Shown here: positions 38,790 through 52,142 of the stretch, piece by piece
Layout: each line of letters begins with the position of its first letter
Numbering within the stretch: position 1 is the stretch's first letter
Assembly (NCBI RefSeq): GCF_009914755.1
Contig: NC_060931.1
Length of the DNA: 64,000 nt
Reading direction: 5' to 3' (one strand)
DNA from: the human T2T-CHM13v2.0 reference genome, Homo sapiens
The notes under the pieces: model-generated
Told to the model about the DNA's origin: nothing
The model's input: only the letters and a program-made list of their open reading frames with translations
Databases searched by the model: none
Made by a program: the position numbers and the translations under genes

Positions 38790-39700
38790 TTCTTTTCAAC
38801 AAATACATCATGAACACCTACTTTGTATTAGGATCTCTTCTTGGAGATGGAGACACCGAAAAAGAATCAGACAATCTCTCCTCAGGCAGCTCACAGTTTG
38901 GTGGAGGAAATGAGAAAATATACATTATAGTGACAAATGTATCATAAATAGAAAAATATCTATAGAATAAAAGTATATTGAAGCAGTTGATACATTCTGA
39001 GGTCACAAATGGAGACTTTACAGAGGAAGTGATATACAAGCTGGATTCTGAAGGATGCATTGACGTGTACTAATTGGATTATGGCAGGGAAAGTAATCTA
39101 GAAAGATGTACTGGTTTGTGCATAGGCACAGAGTCGTGCTTGAGTAACTGCAAGTAGTTTACTTTTGGTGGAGCATAAGATATAAGGGAAAGAGATGTAA
39201 GAGATGAGTCTGAAGAGATAATGAAGAAGCAGATTATGAAATGTCCTTATGTTCCATGCAAAATATCTTGGATTTGTGTCCATTATGTCAGTAGTTTTTG
39301 AAGCTTTACTGGGTCAAGGACTTTTCAGAAGTAATCTATCAGAATGTTTCACATACTTATTCAAAAATTTGTTTCACAAAAAATGTTTCACATACATATT
39401 CAAAAAATTTTGCATCTCATTTCAGGGAAGTCATGGTCATGGAGCCCCTCTTTTAGACAATCCATAAACAGAATCACATGGTCAGTTTGTGTTTCAGATT
39501 AATTGCCCTTGTTGTCATCAGGTCAGCAAGTTGGACTTATGAGGAAAGGCCACGCTAGAGACAGGAAGTTGAGTTAGGAGGAACTGGCCATAGAAATGAA
39601 ATGGAGAGTCACCATGATCAGATTTCAGGATTGCTTGTATAGGAAAAGGAAGGAGTTGAAGACCCTGCCCAGGTTTCTGACTAGGCTTTTTATTATACAG
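38790..39700 (-). mobile_element. L2 3' region
   Basis: TTCAACAAATACATCATGAACACCTAC, ACAGAGGAAGTGATAT, GAAGACCCTGCCCAGGTTTCTGAC. Confidence 0.65.
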
Positions 39701-39831
39701 GAGTGTTATAAAATGGAATAGGAAGCATAAGAAGAATTCTCATGGCAAAAGCAGTGTATATAAATTTGATATGGAGTAGATGTTTTGGAAAGAGTTGTAT
39801 CCATGGGTCTCTTGCTTAGGGGAGAGATCAG

Positions 39832-40200
39832 TGTAGCACATACAGCTGGTACCCCACTACATCTGTACCATATCCATTCTTCCTTGCTGGTGGAGCTCTG
39901 ACTTTGTTCCCTCAGCCTTCTCTGTGCAGCCATGTGATCTGGGAAGGTGAGACTAGCTTCATCCTCAACAAGGGATGCTGAGAGGCTGCTCAGCTTGAAT
40001 GGTCAGTTCCTGTTGTGTTGATACTGTTCTTTGATTCAATTCTGGTTAATGAGAAATAAAAGGATGTTTTTTGGGCTCTACAAGAAAAGTTCCTTAATGT
40101 TTAAGAAGAGAATGAAAGAAAAAGAAGTTCTCTTTTCTGTCTCTGGCCATTGATGTGTGAGAATGTGAAGCCTAGAGCAGGTGCAACCATCTTGAAGCCA
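39832..40200 (+). mobile_element. MLT1J/K-like LTR (3' truncated)
   Basis: TCTTCCTTGCTG...CAATTCTGGTTAATGAGA...GAATGTGAAGCCTAGAGCAGGTGCAACCATCTTG. Confidence 0.65.
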
Positions 40201-40284
40201 GTTGTGTTGATACCTCACAACAGATTTAGCGGGGGTAGCCGTTGCATGGGTTACACTGGATAGATAGATAGCTGTGTCTATTTG

Positions 40285-40490
40285 TCTATTGTGGTGAAAA
40301 ACAAATGGTAAATAACAAATTTACCATTTTAACCATGGTTAAGTGTACAGTTTCATAATATCATGTATGTTCACATTGTTGTGAAACAGACCTTTATAAT
40401 TTTTTCATCTCGCAAATCTGAAACTTTACACCCATTAAACAACAACTGTTCCTTTGCCCCTCCCCCAAGCCCCTGGCAATCACCATGGGT
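40285..40490 (-). mobile_element. L1MB 3' end
   Basis: AAATTTACCATTTTAACCATGGTTAAGTGTACAG...CCCCTGGCAATCACCAT. Confidence 0.8.
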
Positions 40491-40943
40491 TTTATTAATG
40501 AATAAGCTATAATTAAAACCATGAAACAGAACATAATCCTTTCCAGAAAGAACACAATACTGGGAACACGGATGTTTTAGGAGTAGGCAGTGGAAGAGTT
40601 CCACAAAAGAGATGAAGAAATATCAAAAGTGGAAGGTAGAAAGAGAACTGGTAAAACATGAGGTCATGAGATCTATTAGGGAGAAGGATTGGAGGAAGGA
40701 GTAGCTACCCTGCCAAGTGCTGCAGAAAGGTATTAAAATAAGGTGTTAAAATGTCAACACTATTGAGTAATTATGTCATGGGTGATGTCACATGGTGAGA
40801 GTAGCTTCAGTGGAGTAAGAAGGTTAGAAGCTGCAGTTGAAGAGTGAATAGCAACTGAGGAAAGAGGAGGTTTCACAGCAAAGGGAAAGCTACACAATGA
40901 AATTCCCACTTTTCTAAACTGAGATAAAATTGAAACTCACCCC

Positions 40944-41258
40944 TTTATTTATTTATTTATTTGTTTATTTATTTATTTAGACAAGGTCTTGCTCTGTCTC
41001 CCAGGATGAAGTGCAATGGTGGGATCTCAGCTCACTGCAGCCTCTACCTCCTGGGCTCAAGTGATGCTCCCACCTCAGCCTCCTGAGTAGCTGGCACTAC
41101 AAGCATGCACCACCATGCCCGGTAATTTATGAATTTTTCCGTAGAGACGGGGTTTTACATGTTGCCCAGGCTGGTCTCACACTTCTGGACTCAAGTGATC
41201 AGCTTGCCACAGCCTCCCAAAATGCTGAGATTACAGGCTTGAGCCACTGTGCCCAGCT
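40944..41258 (-). mobile_element. AluJb-like with (TTTA)n tail
   Basis: Dimeric Alu; 15-bp TSD AAACTCACCCCTTTA. Confidence 0.95.
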
Positions 41259-42334
41259 AAACTCACCCCTTTAATACACAGCTAATATGTTGCCTGTGTT
41301 CAGTTCTATGCTGTAGAGAGTGATGCCATGGGACTGGAACAAAACAGAAGCTTGAGCTTTGGAGGCCTTGCCATCCTCCCACTGCCTAAATGAGCATGTA
41401 TATGCTAGGGCAACTTTGACTGTGTCAGCTTTGGTCTAGTTTTATGAGCTCTGTGACCATATATTGTTTTATACTTACATGGGTGTCTGGGAGGAGGTAT
41501 TGCTTCTTCAAAAACGTAGATTTTGCCCAGTAGAGAAAACTAATTGCAATGCTGTCCTAGTTTTAGAGCTATATACCTTGGGAGACATATTTGGTCCTTT
41601 CTCTAGCATTGCTTATAGCACAGACTTGTCTGCTTTGAATTCAAAGCAACATCATTATTTTTATTTATTTATTTCCCTATATCAGTTTAGGTGGAAAATA
41701 CATTAATATTAGGTAGTGACAAAGGTCACTTTTCCCTCCATAAGTTTTTTCTCTGTATCTGCAAAAATGGGCATTTCACCAAAAGATTGCAGTCTGTTTA
41801 ATTATAACTCCAAGTGGCTGAGATGCCAGTTTAGTGGGCTAATGCCATTCATCCTCTGAAACTCTATAAATGGAAAGAATTTATAGCAGATTCCTGGATA
41901 TCCTCAGGGCTAACTTTAAACGTGACTGGCTTGTAAACTCCCTAAGCTTGACCAAAATAAATTGTTTTTATCTTCTCTTAAGGAGATTAGTGGGTGAAGA
42001 TGATCTTAAACTCCACAGAATAAACATTGTCAGATAATAAAAATATCCTTACTCCTAGGAAATCATGTAGAAAATAAAATTTGGATGTTGATGAACATCT
42101 CATTTAGTCATTTAATTTATATTCAACAAAACAAACCAAGTGTCTAATATTTGTAAAGCTCTGAGGCAAGGTTTGTCTAAAGGGGTCCTCTATAAAAAAC
42201 ATTAAATGTTTTGTGATGAAAAAGAATCTCTTATTTTTGGAAAGTCCCATTTGCATATGTTGGGTTGTTTTAGTTTGGTATGAGAATGATATGTATAGTT
42301 TAGTGGCTCTTCTCTGCTAGAAAATATTTATCTT

Positions 42335-42467
42335 GGCTGGATATGGTGGCTAATGCTTGTAATCCCAGCACTTTGGGAGGCCGAGGCAGGAGGATCGCTT
42401 AGCCCAGGAGTTCAAGACCAGCCTGGGCAACATTGTGAGACCCTGTCTCTATGAAAATAATAATAAA
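42335..42467 (+). mobile_element. FLAM_C (free left Alu monomer)
   Basis: Single arm plus A tail; TSD AGAAAATATTTATCTT/AGAGAATATTTATCTT. Confidence 0.9.
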
Positions 42468-44104
42468 AGAGAATATTTATCTTTTCTCCTCCTATTTCAA
42501 ATTGTTGCTTCCAACATCAAATAGATACGAGTGATTCTCCTGCCCATTAACATTCAGAAGTTAAATCCAGACTAAAGTGCTATTAAGATAAGATGAAAAT
42601 TTGCTGAGTTACTCAGTAAAAGTTAGTATGTGAGCAGAACCATCTTTGAAATAGTATGTGAAAAAAATCTTTTGGATAGGCAGATCGGTTCACAGAACGT
42701 TTGGTGCTTTCGATGAATGAAATAAATTTTGAAGCAACTTGAGGCAGTAAAGATCAATTAAATCCCCCAAGGATAGACACATGTTTAGATGACAAAGAAA
42801 AGTTTTTGGAGGACAAACCATCCTGGGCTTCTGAATATTTAAATAAGAATGTTTCACTGTTCTACCAACATAGTGGTGTTAAATAAAAAGGCAGTGACTG
42901 AACAAAGTTCTTTTGTGTCTATTTTGCTACTTTGCAGTCAGAGTATATGCTGGGATCCAATCTAAGGTATCTGTTTATTCATTTGCCTGATTCCCAAAAT
43001 GCCTCAAATGTAAAATTGCTTGCTGGATTTAGGTCCTGTGGGTTCTTACAGATTTGAGGATTTAATTACCTACCTGTTCATTTTATTATGAAGTGGTCAG
43101 CCTGTGAAGCCAGCTCTAAGCTGATAATCACCTAGGAGGAGGAACTGCTGGTTTTTACCCTGAAGATTTTAATTATCATTGGTAGCTCAAAAATAGTAAG
43201 TATCTTTAAGGATGCAATTATAAAGAATTTTTGACAGCAGGAAAAACAGGGAATATATTTTGATGTTAGAAGTGCCCAGATAGAAGGGAGATGCTATTCA
43301 CAAATGAATGCACTGATTGCAGAGAAGACTATAGTTGGATGTCCTCTTTTGTTTCTCTTTCCTCAAATTCCCAAGACAACCAATTTAGCCTTTAGAAAGG
43401 CCTTCTTTGGACTAAAGGCATTATTCTCCCTATTTTTAACACTGTCAACTTATTAAAAAAGGAAACAAAACCCCAAACAAAACAAAACCATTAAGAATTT
43501 CAAACTAAATAGGCCTATGGGTTGATTTCTGCCCGTAGGCCACCAATTTTCACTCTCTGCTCCAAATCTTCCTTACTACACGTATGCAGGGGTGATTTCT
43601 TTTTCTTCTAAGTTTGTATAACAATTATTGTCTGTGCAACTCATTTGGAAGTTAATAATAAACTGCCTGATGACACATTTCATATTATATCTTGAGTTAT
43701 TTAATTTTTTGTGGCTCTGGAACTTTTCACTTGTCTTGAACTTCAAATCAATTGTTAACCCTTTAGTGCAGAAACTGTGTCTGATATTTCTTTGCATTTC
43801 CCCCAGTGCCAAACACAATGAATCCTCAACAAATTAATGTTGTTTTGTTTTATTTCATAAGGATGCATAGTATTCCAAATCTATGCTCACCTTTTCTACA
43901 AGAGTACTGAAATGACAGAAAATAAGATGTAATCAGTTTATATTCATGATGTTTATTTCTTCCTGCAAATCACTGCAGAATTTTAAAAAAGATGCAAATA
44001 CTCAAAAGCAAATTCAGTAACTGACTCACAAGTGCCTCAGATGTGCTTCCCACTTCCCCCTTTCTTTCACTGAAGAGTGAGCAGGTGAAGGAAAAGAAGC
44101 AACA

Positions 44105-44280
44105 CCATATTAGGAACTTTACATACCCATCTTTTAATTCTCACAGGTATGTATGTAGGAATTATTTTGCCCATTTTAGAAATGGGCAACTGAGATTTAT
44201 AGAGGTGATGTTCAGGGTCACATAGCTGTTGTTGGAGCTTGGGTTTCAATTTTCGTTTATTTGACTTGCAAATATGGGCT
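44105..44280 (-). mobile_element. MIR SINE
   Basis: CCCATTTTAGAAATGGGCAACTGAG...CAGGGTCACATAGCTG. Confidence 0.75.
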
Positions 44281-45003
44281 TTCTCTTAGCCAAGCAGCTT
44301 CTACTTGCATGCTCCATGAAGGCAGGTGCTTATAAATTCTCCAGATGAAGGGGCTACAGGACAAAGTCAGCAAAATGCCAAAATGGTGACTTGGCTTTAT
44401 CCCTAACAGTTCTCGCCTGTCTTCATTTCTCATCTTTGAACCCCGTTGGCTTCAGTTTCTTCATGCTTCGCCTGGCTATGGGAAGCCACATAGCTTCTTC
44501 TGAGGCAGGTCTCCCCAAGCCTGAGCATCAAACCTACAATTGAATCTAAATCTTCACTTTGCTGCATTCCTATTAAGGCATTAGTTCCTTATCCCATTAC
44601 TGTTGTCTGTTAAGTCAATCTTCATTTATAGATTGATGGCCATTGATGAATTAATGTTATTCTTCTAGATAACATTTAAAAGAATATTTAGAAGACAACA
44701 GGTCTTTTTAGGAATTTTGGATGTGATAGAAGGCACAATGAAGGATTTTTTGGGTTAGGAGTTGTTCATTTCCATCTTAAGACAAAAGTTCTATGATAGA
44801 TGTATCTGAAAGGAAAAATGCTTTTTCTATTAGATGCTCATTTTTTTTTATTCTTCAACAAATGAGAAATTCATTTAAGTAAGCAGATTATTTGCTAACA
44901 TCATGCACGTGCAACATTGAGCACATTGTGGAGGCATTTTACTTGCCCTATTCTAAGGAAACTGTCTCTTCAATAAGTGCATAGAAGGGCTTTCACAAAG
45001 CAG

Positions 45004-45399
45004 TAATAAAATAACTTAATGGAAGTCAGTAGGCTGAGATGGCTCCAATGTCCTGGGTTCCTATGTAAACAAAATGAAAATTAAGTTTTGCTAATCACAG
45101 ATGGCCAAAGGAGCATTAAGTTATATAATAATGAATTTTTCACTGAGATAAACCATATACAAAAACTGCTCAAATCTTAACCAATGAAATCATGCTGTTA
45201 CTCTGCTTCTGCATTTATCCTATAAAAGCCTTCCCTTCAAACTCCTCCCTTGGAGCCCCAAATCACTTCCCACTTAATGCTGCCTGATTTATGAATCATC
45301 GTTTGCTCAAATAAACTCCCGTTTTCTTTTTTTCACTCTTCTGAAGACACATTTGCAAAACTCCTTAAATTTTAATGTGCCTCAGTTTATCATTTAACA
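45004..45399 (+). mobile_element. MER93-like ERV1 solo LTR
   Basis: AGGCTGAGATGGCTCC...GGGTTCCTATGTAAACAAA, CCAAT, CTATAAAAGC, GCTCAAATAAACTC, ends GTTTATCATTTAACA. Confidence 0.75.
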
Positions 45400-45409
45400 G
45401 TTGTATTTT

Positions 45410-47945
45410 TATTGATATTTCTTTTATTAATACATAATATTTGTACATATTTGGGGGTTATATGTAATATTTTGCTATATGCATACAATGTATAATGATC
45501 AAATCAGGGTGATTGAGATATCTATCACCTTAAACATTTATCTTTTCTTTATGTTAGGAACATTCCAGTTCTTCTCCTCTAACTATTTTGAACTATAGAA
45601 TACATTATTGTTAAGTATAGTTACCCAGCAATACTATCAAACACTAGACCTTATTCCTTCTATTTAACTGTATTTTTGTACCCGTGAATCAACTGATCTT
45701 CATCCCCCTGCTTCTCAGCCTCTCGTAATTACCAAATAACTTTCTATCTCTGTGAGATCCATCTTTATTTTGCTCCCACATATGAGTGTGAACATGTGGT
45801 ATTTGTCTGTGCCCAGCTTATTTCACATAACGAACTCTAGTTTCATCCGTGTTGCTGCAAATAACAGGATGTCATTATTTTCATTGCTGAATAATATTCC
45901 GTTGTGTATATGTACCACATTTTTTAAATTCACTCATATGTTGATTTGATGAACATTTAGGTTGATTCTATATCTTGGCTATTGTAAATCATGATGCAAT
46001 AAACAGGAATGTGGAGTGTAGAGTGCACATATCTCTTCGATTTATTGATTTCTTTTGTTTTGGCTGCGTACCCAACAGGGGGTTGCTGGATCATATGGTA
46101 GTTCTATTTTTAGTTTTTTGAGGAAACTCCATACTGTTTTCCATAGTGGCTGTACTAATTTACATTCCCACCAACAGGGTACAAGCATTTCTCTTTCTCC
46201 ACATCCTTGCCAGTATTTGTTATTTTTCGTCTTCTGAGTAAAAGCCATTTTAACTTGGGTGAGACAATACCTCATTATGGTTTTGATTTGCATTTCTCTG
46301 ATGATTAGTGATGCTGAGCATTTTTTCATATATTTGTTGGTCATTTGTATGTCTTTGATAAATGTTTATTCAGATATTTTGCCCATTTTTAATTGGAATT
46401 TTTTGTTCTGTTATTAGTTGTTTGAGTTCCTTATATATTTTGATTATTGATCCCCTGTTGAATGGATAGTTTACAACTATTTTCTCCCATTTTATGTGGG
46501 TCATCTCTCACCTTTGTTGATTGTTTCCTCTTTTGTGCAAAAGCTTTTTAGCTTGTTGTAATGCTATTTGTTTACTTTTACTTTTGCCTTCTGTGCTTCT
46601 GAGGTCTTACCCAAGAAGTCTTTGCCCAGACCAATGTCCTGAAATGTTTCTCCAGTGTTTTCTTCTAGTAGTTTTATAGTTGCAAGTCTTATATTTAAGT
46701 CATTAAATGTATTTTGATTTGATTTTTCTGTATGGTGAGAGATAGGGGCCTAGCTTCATTCTTCTAAATATGGTTATCCAGTTTTTTCAAATCCATGTAT
46801 CGAAAAGGATGCCCTTTACCCCATGTATGTTCTTGGCACATTTGTGGAAAAATGAGATGACTGTAACTGCATGGATTTATTTCTGGGTTCTCTATTCTGT
46901 TTCATTAGTCTATATGTTTTTTTAAATGCCAGCACCATGCAGTTTTGGTTACTATGGCTTTGTAGTATATTTTGAAGTTATATAGTACAATGCTTCCACC
47001 TTTATTCTTTATTCTTTTTGCCCAGGATTGCTTTGGCTATTTGGGGTCTTACGTGGTTCCATAGGAGTTTAGGGATTATTTGTTTTTCAGTTTGTTCACT
47101 ATTGGTGTATGGAAACACTACTAATTTTTGTATATTGAGTTTGTGTCCTGCAACTTCACTGAATTCATTGATCAGTTCTAACAGTTTTTTGGCGTAGTAT
47201 TTAGGTTTTCTAAATGTAATATATCATGTGTGAACAAGAATAATATGGCTTCTTCTATTCAGTCTGAATGCCCTTTGTTTTTCTTGCCTGATTGCTCTGG
47301 CTAGTACATCCAGTACAATGTTGAATAAAAATGGTAAAGTGGGCATCCTTGTTTCAGATCTTAGTAGAAAGGCCTTCAATTTTTCTCCATTCAGTATGAT
47401 GTTAGCTCTGGGCTTGTCAAAAATGGCTTTTATTGTTTTGAGGTATGTTCCTTCTATGCCCAGTGGTATGGTTAGGCTTTGCCCACCCAAATCTCATCTT
47501 GAATTGTAATCCTCCTAATCCCCATGTGTCAAGGAAGAGACCAGGTGGAAATAATTGAATTACGGGGGTGGTTTCCCCCATGCTGCTCTGTGATAGTGAG
47601 TGAGTTCTCATAAGATCAGATGGTTTTATCAGGGGCTCTTCCCCCTTCACTTGGCACTTCTCCTTTCTGCCTCCTTGTGAAGAAGGCACCTTGCTTCCCC
47701 TTCACCTTCCACCATGATTTTAAGTTTCTGAGGTCTCCTCAGCCATGCTAAACTGTGAGTCAATTAAACCTCTTTCCTTTATAAATTACCCAGTCTCAGG
47801 CAGTTCTTTATAGCAGTATGAAAACAAACTAATACACCCAGTTTGTTGAGAGTTTTTATCATAAATGGATGTTGAATTTTATCAATGCTTTTTCAGCATC
47901 TATTAAAATGATCATATGGTCATATGGTCTTTGTCCTTGATTCTT
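45410..47945 (-). mobile_element. L1MA (L1MA4/5-like) 3' ~2.2 kb, split by THE1D
   Basis: ORF 46042..46344 ([17 protein letters not shown]...[15 protein letters not shown]) and 47224..47490 ([31 protein letters not shown]) are L1 ORF2p. Confidence 0.92.
47464..47836 (+). mobile_element. THE1D-type MaLR solo LTR inside L1MA
   Basis: TGGTATGGTTAGG...AAACTAATACA; perfect TSD CCCAG. Confidence 0.95.
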
Positions 47946-48440
47946 AGAAGCAGTGTTTTTGAAAGTGTTTTTCTATATCAGAATTAGAGGTAGTTAAAAA
48001 TGCTGGTTCCCATGCCCAATGAACCAGACTGTCTATTTTAAGAAAATGTTCATTTAGATTGGTGAAGTTGTCTTGATAAGTTTTTCATAATCAAAATTCA
48101 CTTCCTGGAAAATACATTATTTTTGGTTAATTCTGCCGCTCACAATTGCCAAATATATTTGAAGACAAAAATGCTTCATACAAAAAAAGTCCCTGGATCA
48201 CCAAAGTCAAAGATAACCTACACAATTTTCTTTAGCACATTAAACAGAGGTAGAGTATACTATATTCTTTATGCTGGGTAAAACTGTCACAAATATGCTT
48301 CCTTTACATTTTAGTATTTCCCAGACAGTAACTGGGATTTCGTATAGAAGATGAAAATGTGCTGAGCTCCTAACTGCCAAACCAGTCAATTGTGCAATCA
48401 CTTAAAAACCCCATTTAATATATTCTGTCTTATATCCTAA

Positions 48441-48774
<334 letters not shown>

Positions 48775-48959
48775 TCTTTTGCTTTGTTCTTATTTTTAAA
48801 TTCCATGGAAGGCAATCCTTTTAGGAAAAGCAATTGTATCTGAAATAACTTTTTGGAAACAAAAAATTTAAAAACAAGAAACAAAAAACCTTTTGAGTAA
48901 ATTCCCTGATAAGGATAGCATAGTGGTTTTGCTTCATTCTCCTTAAGTTGGAGAGTGAT

Positions 48960-49110
48960 TGGTCCATGAGTCAGGAAGAGTTAGATCCTGGCTTTCTGGT
49001 TAACAGACTTTGCAGTCTTGCTGATGTAGCTGCCTCTTGCCATGCTCCAAGTTTTCCATCTGTAAAATGAGGAGACTGGAATGATTAATTTCTGATGTCC
49101 CTTCCAGCTG
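48960..49110 (+). mobile_element. MIR3/MIRc SINE
   Basis: CATCTGTAAAATGAGGAGACTGGA...TTTCTGATGTCCCTTCCAGCT. Confidence 0.7.
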
Positions 49111-49660
49111 TATAGTTAGGAAAGGAGCAGGAGTAGTCTTTGCAAATGTTTTCCTTGTTAGAACATGTTAATATTGTCAGGAATCTTTTCCACTTTCACT
49201 GTGAAATAATATCTATGTTTCTCTTAAAAGAAGACTCAGAAACAAAACATAAAATGGATCATTTGCATTTAAACTACTTAAGTATAACGGAAATTACTCA
49301 CTTATTTAACTGAATCAGTATTTTCACTTGAAATCTAGTGTGTCTTCATGCATTTCTTAAGTTAATCACTTCAGGAAAATGGCTCTGGAGGTGGGTAGGC
49401 CAAAGTTAGTAAAAGAAAGTAATTTAAAAAAAATCCAACAATGCTTTTAATGTGTCAGTACTTGAATGAGTATTTCCTTAGGAAATGAGTTTGGTCAGCA
49501 TTTCAGAGTAAATCAACTAGAAATTAAAAATTGGCATGTGCTTTTTTTTGTTTGGTTTTGTTTTTAAATTAAACTGATCTCTTCTTGCCCCTTGTTCTAT
49601 TCTCTAGAAGAGTGGCCTCAATATTTTTGAGTATGCACATCTATCAGCACAAAAAAAACC

Positions 49661-49681
49661 CTCTCTCTCTCTCTCTTTCTG

Positions 49682-49723
<42 letters not shown>

Positions 49724-49724
49724 T
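49661..49724. repeat. Compound (CT)n(AT)n microsatellite
   Basis: Directly visible. Confidence 0.95.
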
Positions 49725-51758
49725 GTACATGACCATCTCTAGTTAGTATCTCAAGAAACAATATGCAATTAGGAAGAACTTCATTATTACAGAAAGTAGA
49801 TGGAAGTGTTTGAATAATTTCAGATTTTCAGGGGGCTGACACAGGGCCACATATGATTAGATCGTTGTTATTTTTATTTACAACATGGCAAAGAACTCAA
49901 ACTAAAAATAGAAATGTTTACTCTGTCATTTTTTTTCTTGACCTTGCATTGTTAGTTTTATCTTCAATCTGGCTTTCTTTGCAGAGATTGTTGTAAAGCC
50001 CTCTGACAACTTCGAGAAGATTTAGTTTAGTATAAAAATAATCTGTAAATCTATTTAATTAGCCATACACAATCTTTAACTGAATGCAACATGTTGAAAG
50101 CTAAGGAACCAGCCAACAGGGTGGGCTGGGGAAGAATTGACCTTTTCTCAATATCCTGTACATGGCATATGTGACACGTGACTCTTTGACATATAGACTG
50201 AAGGTGAGAACCAAGTTTCTCTCAACAGAAAATATTAGTAAAGCTTAATTTCCCATTTTATTTCTGGAATAAAATAAATGGAAGTTCAATGTTTTCTTCC
50301 CAAATCCCACTTCAAAAATTACTGCTCTGACAGTATAATAACAGGGACAAGCTCCCTATTGCAAATGAGAAATGCCTTTTTGGAGCCATGACTAGTAGCA
50401 ACTACATAAGAAGTATAAAAGACATGAAATATGTTTTCCCTTCCCTCTTTCATTCTTCCAATAGTTAAGCATGTGCCTTTTTAGCAATAATTAAGTTGAT
50501 TTTAATTCAGGTGGGAAGAGCAGAAAGGAAGAGTCTGTCTGTCATTACTATCTTTCTCTAAAAATAAGCCACTTTATGAGTTTATGTTTATGACTTTCCC
50601 TTCCTGTGTTGTTTGTGGCTTTCTTAACCAGGAATTCTTATCTGCTGAGATAGAAACACTATGATAACTGTCCTTGGTCAGGGCTGTAACACAAAAAGTT
50701 AGTTCAAGTGCAAATTGTCTATTTTCTTATAGGGACTATATTCCTTTGCACAGAAGGAAAAATAGAATACCATTGAAATAGAATATGTTACAAGGCTTTT
50801 AAATCACGATTAATATAGCTGCCCAACTGCGTGTTTTGACAGTTGGAAGCCATTCATATTTTCCTTCTGTCTTTTCTGAGTCTCTGTTATTCTCTGGGGC
50901 ATGTTGTGAGATATATAAAGCTAAGCTCTGCACACTGATGGTGGTTTTGCCCTGAATAAACATGTATAGTCAGCCCACATGTTTTCTTGTGTAGATTGTC
51001 TTAGTAATCTCGTGGCTGCTTTTTAGTGCAGTACTTAACTTTCTCTACTGTGAAACGTTCTGTCTTCAAATGCGTTTGGCACTTGCTAGTAGGAGAGTTA
51101 ACTGAAAATAGTGCATTTTTTCCAGGCAGTGATTTGCTTTGATCATGAAAGAACATTTCCTGGGATTACTCTGAGATAGCATGAAAAGAAAAATGATTAT
51201 CACAAATACAGTTTTGATGTCCACCTTTAGATACACGTTTCACAAATGACTACTGTATACTTAAAACATGTTCAAGATACATAAACTCAGCAGAGAAGTT
51301 TATCTTATTTTTAGAACCTGAAAATCTCTGGAGCTAAATAATATAAAGGAGAAGTGAAAAGGCTTGACATTTCATAACCATTCCACGTTAAAAATGAATG
51401 TGTACAACCTACTATCCAGTACTGTCATTTTCAGAGAGGGAATAGAGGAAAGCTTGCCAGGATAAAACATAATGGCATGCTATCTGCCAGAAAGCCACGA
51501 AGAGAAGTTATAAACCCCATGCTTCTAATTAGAATCACTTATTTAAAATTGATATTTTTTCATTTAAACTATATAAGTAATACGTTCTTCTTGTAAAAAA
51601 AAATTAAAAAGTAATGTTTCCCTACCCTTCCCACAGACCATCTGCTTCCCAAATCCTGCTTCCCAGCTCTCCGGAAGGAGCCATTATTAACTATTATTAA
51701 GAGTTTCTTACACATGCTTCCATGCATTTTTGATGCATATTAAAGGGCATGTGAGAAA

Positions 51759-51764
<6 letters not shown>

Positions 51765-51788
<24 letters not shown>
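51765..51788. repeat. (AC)12 microsatellite
   Basis: Directly visible. Confidence 0.95.
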
Positions 51789-51789
<1 letters not shown>

Positions 51790-52142
51790 TCATTGGACAG
51801 TGAGCTAAGGTTCCTAGAAGGGGGAGTTCTGAGTGAATCAACACAAAAAAATGTGGGCATCATCCATATGGAGGTACATTGATTCATAGGTCATACATAA
51901 GCAATTGATTTTCTATGCTCATTTAATCTCCCAGAGTCATGTCATGCCTCTGGCTAAGGTTTCCTCCAGCTTTCCAATGATTTCAGGCAATTGTTGCCCA
52001 ATCCTGCCAGATTGTAGTGACACTTCCATTAGTTCCATTGCATTAGTTCTGTGCACTTCTGTTAGATCCATGCACTTCCATTAGTTCTCAGTTATTGGAT
52101 GAGGCCTTTCTTGATTACTTTTACCATTGATTCAAAAACTCT

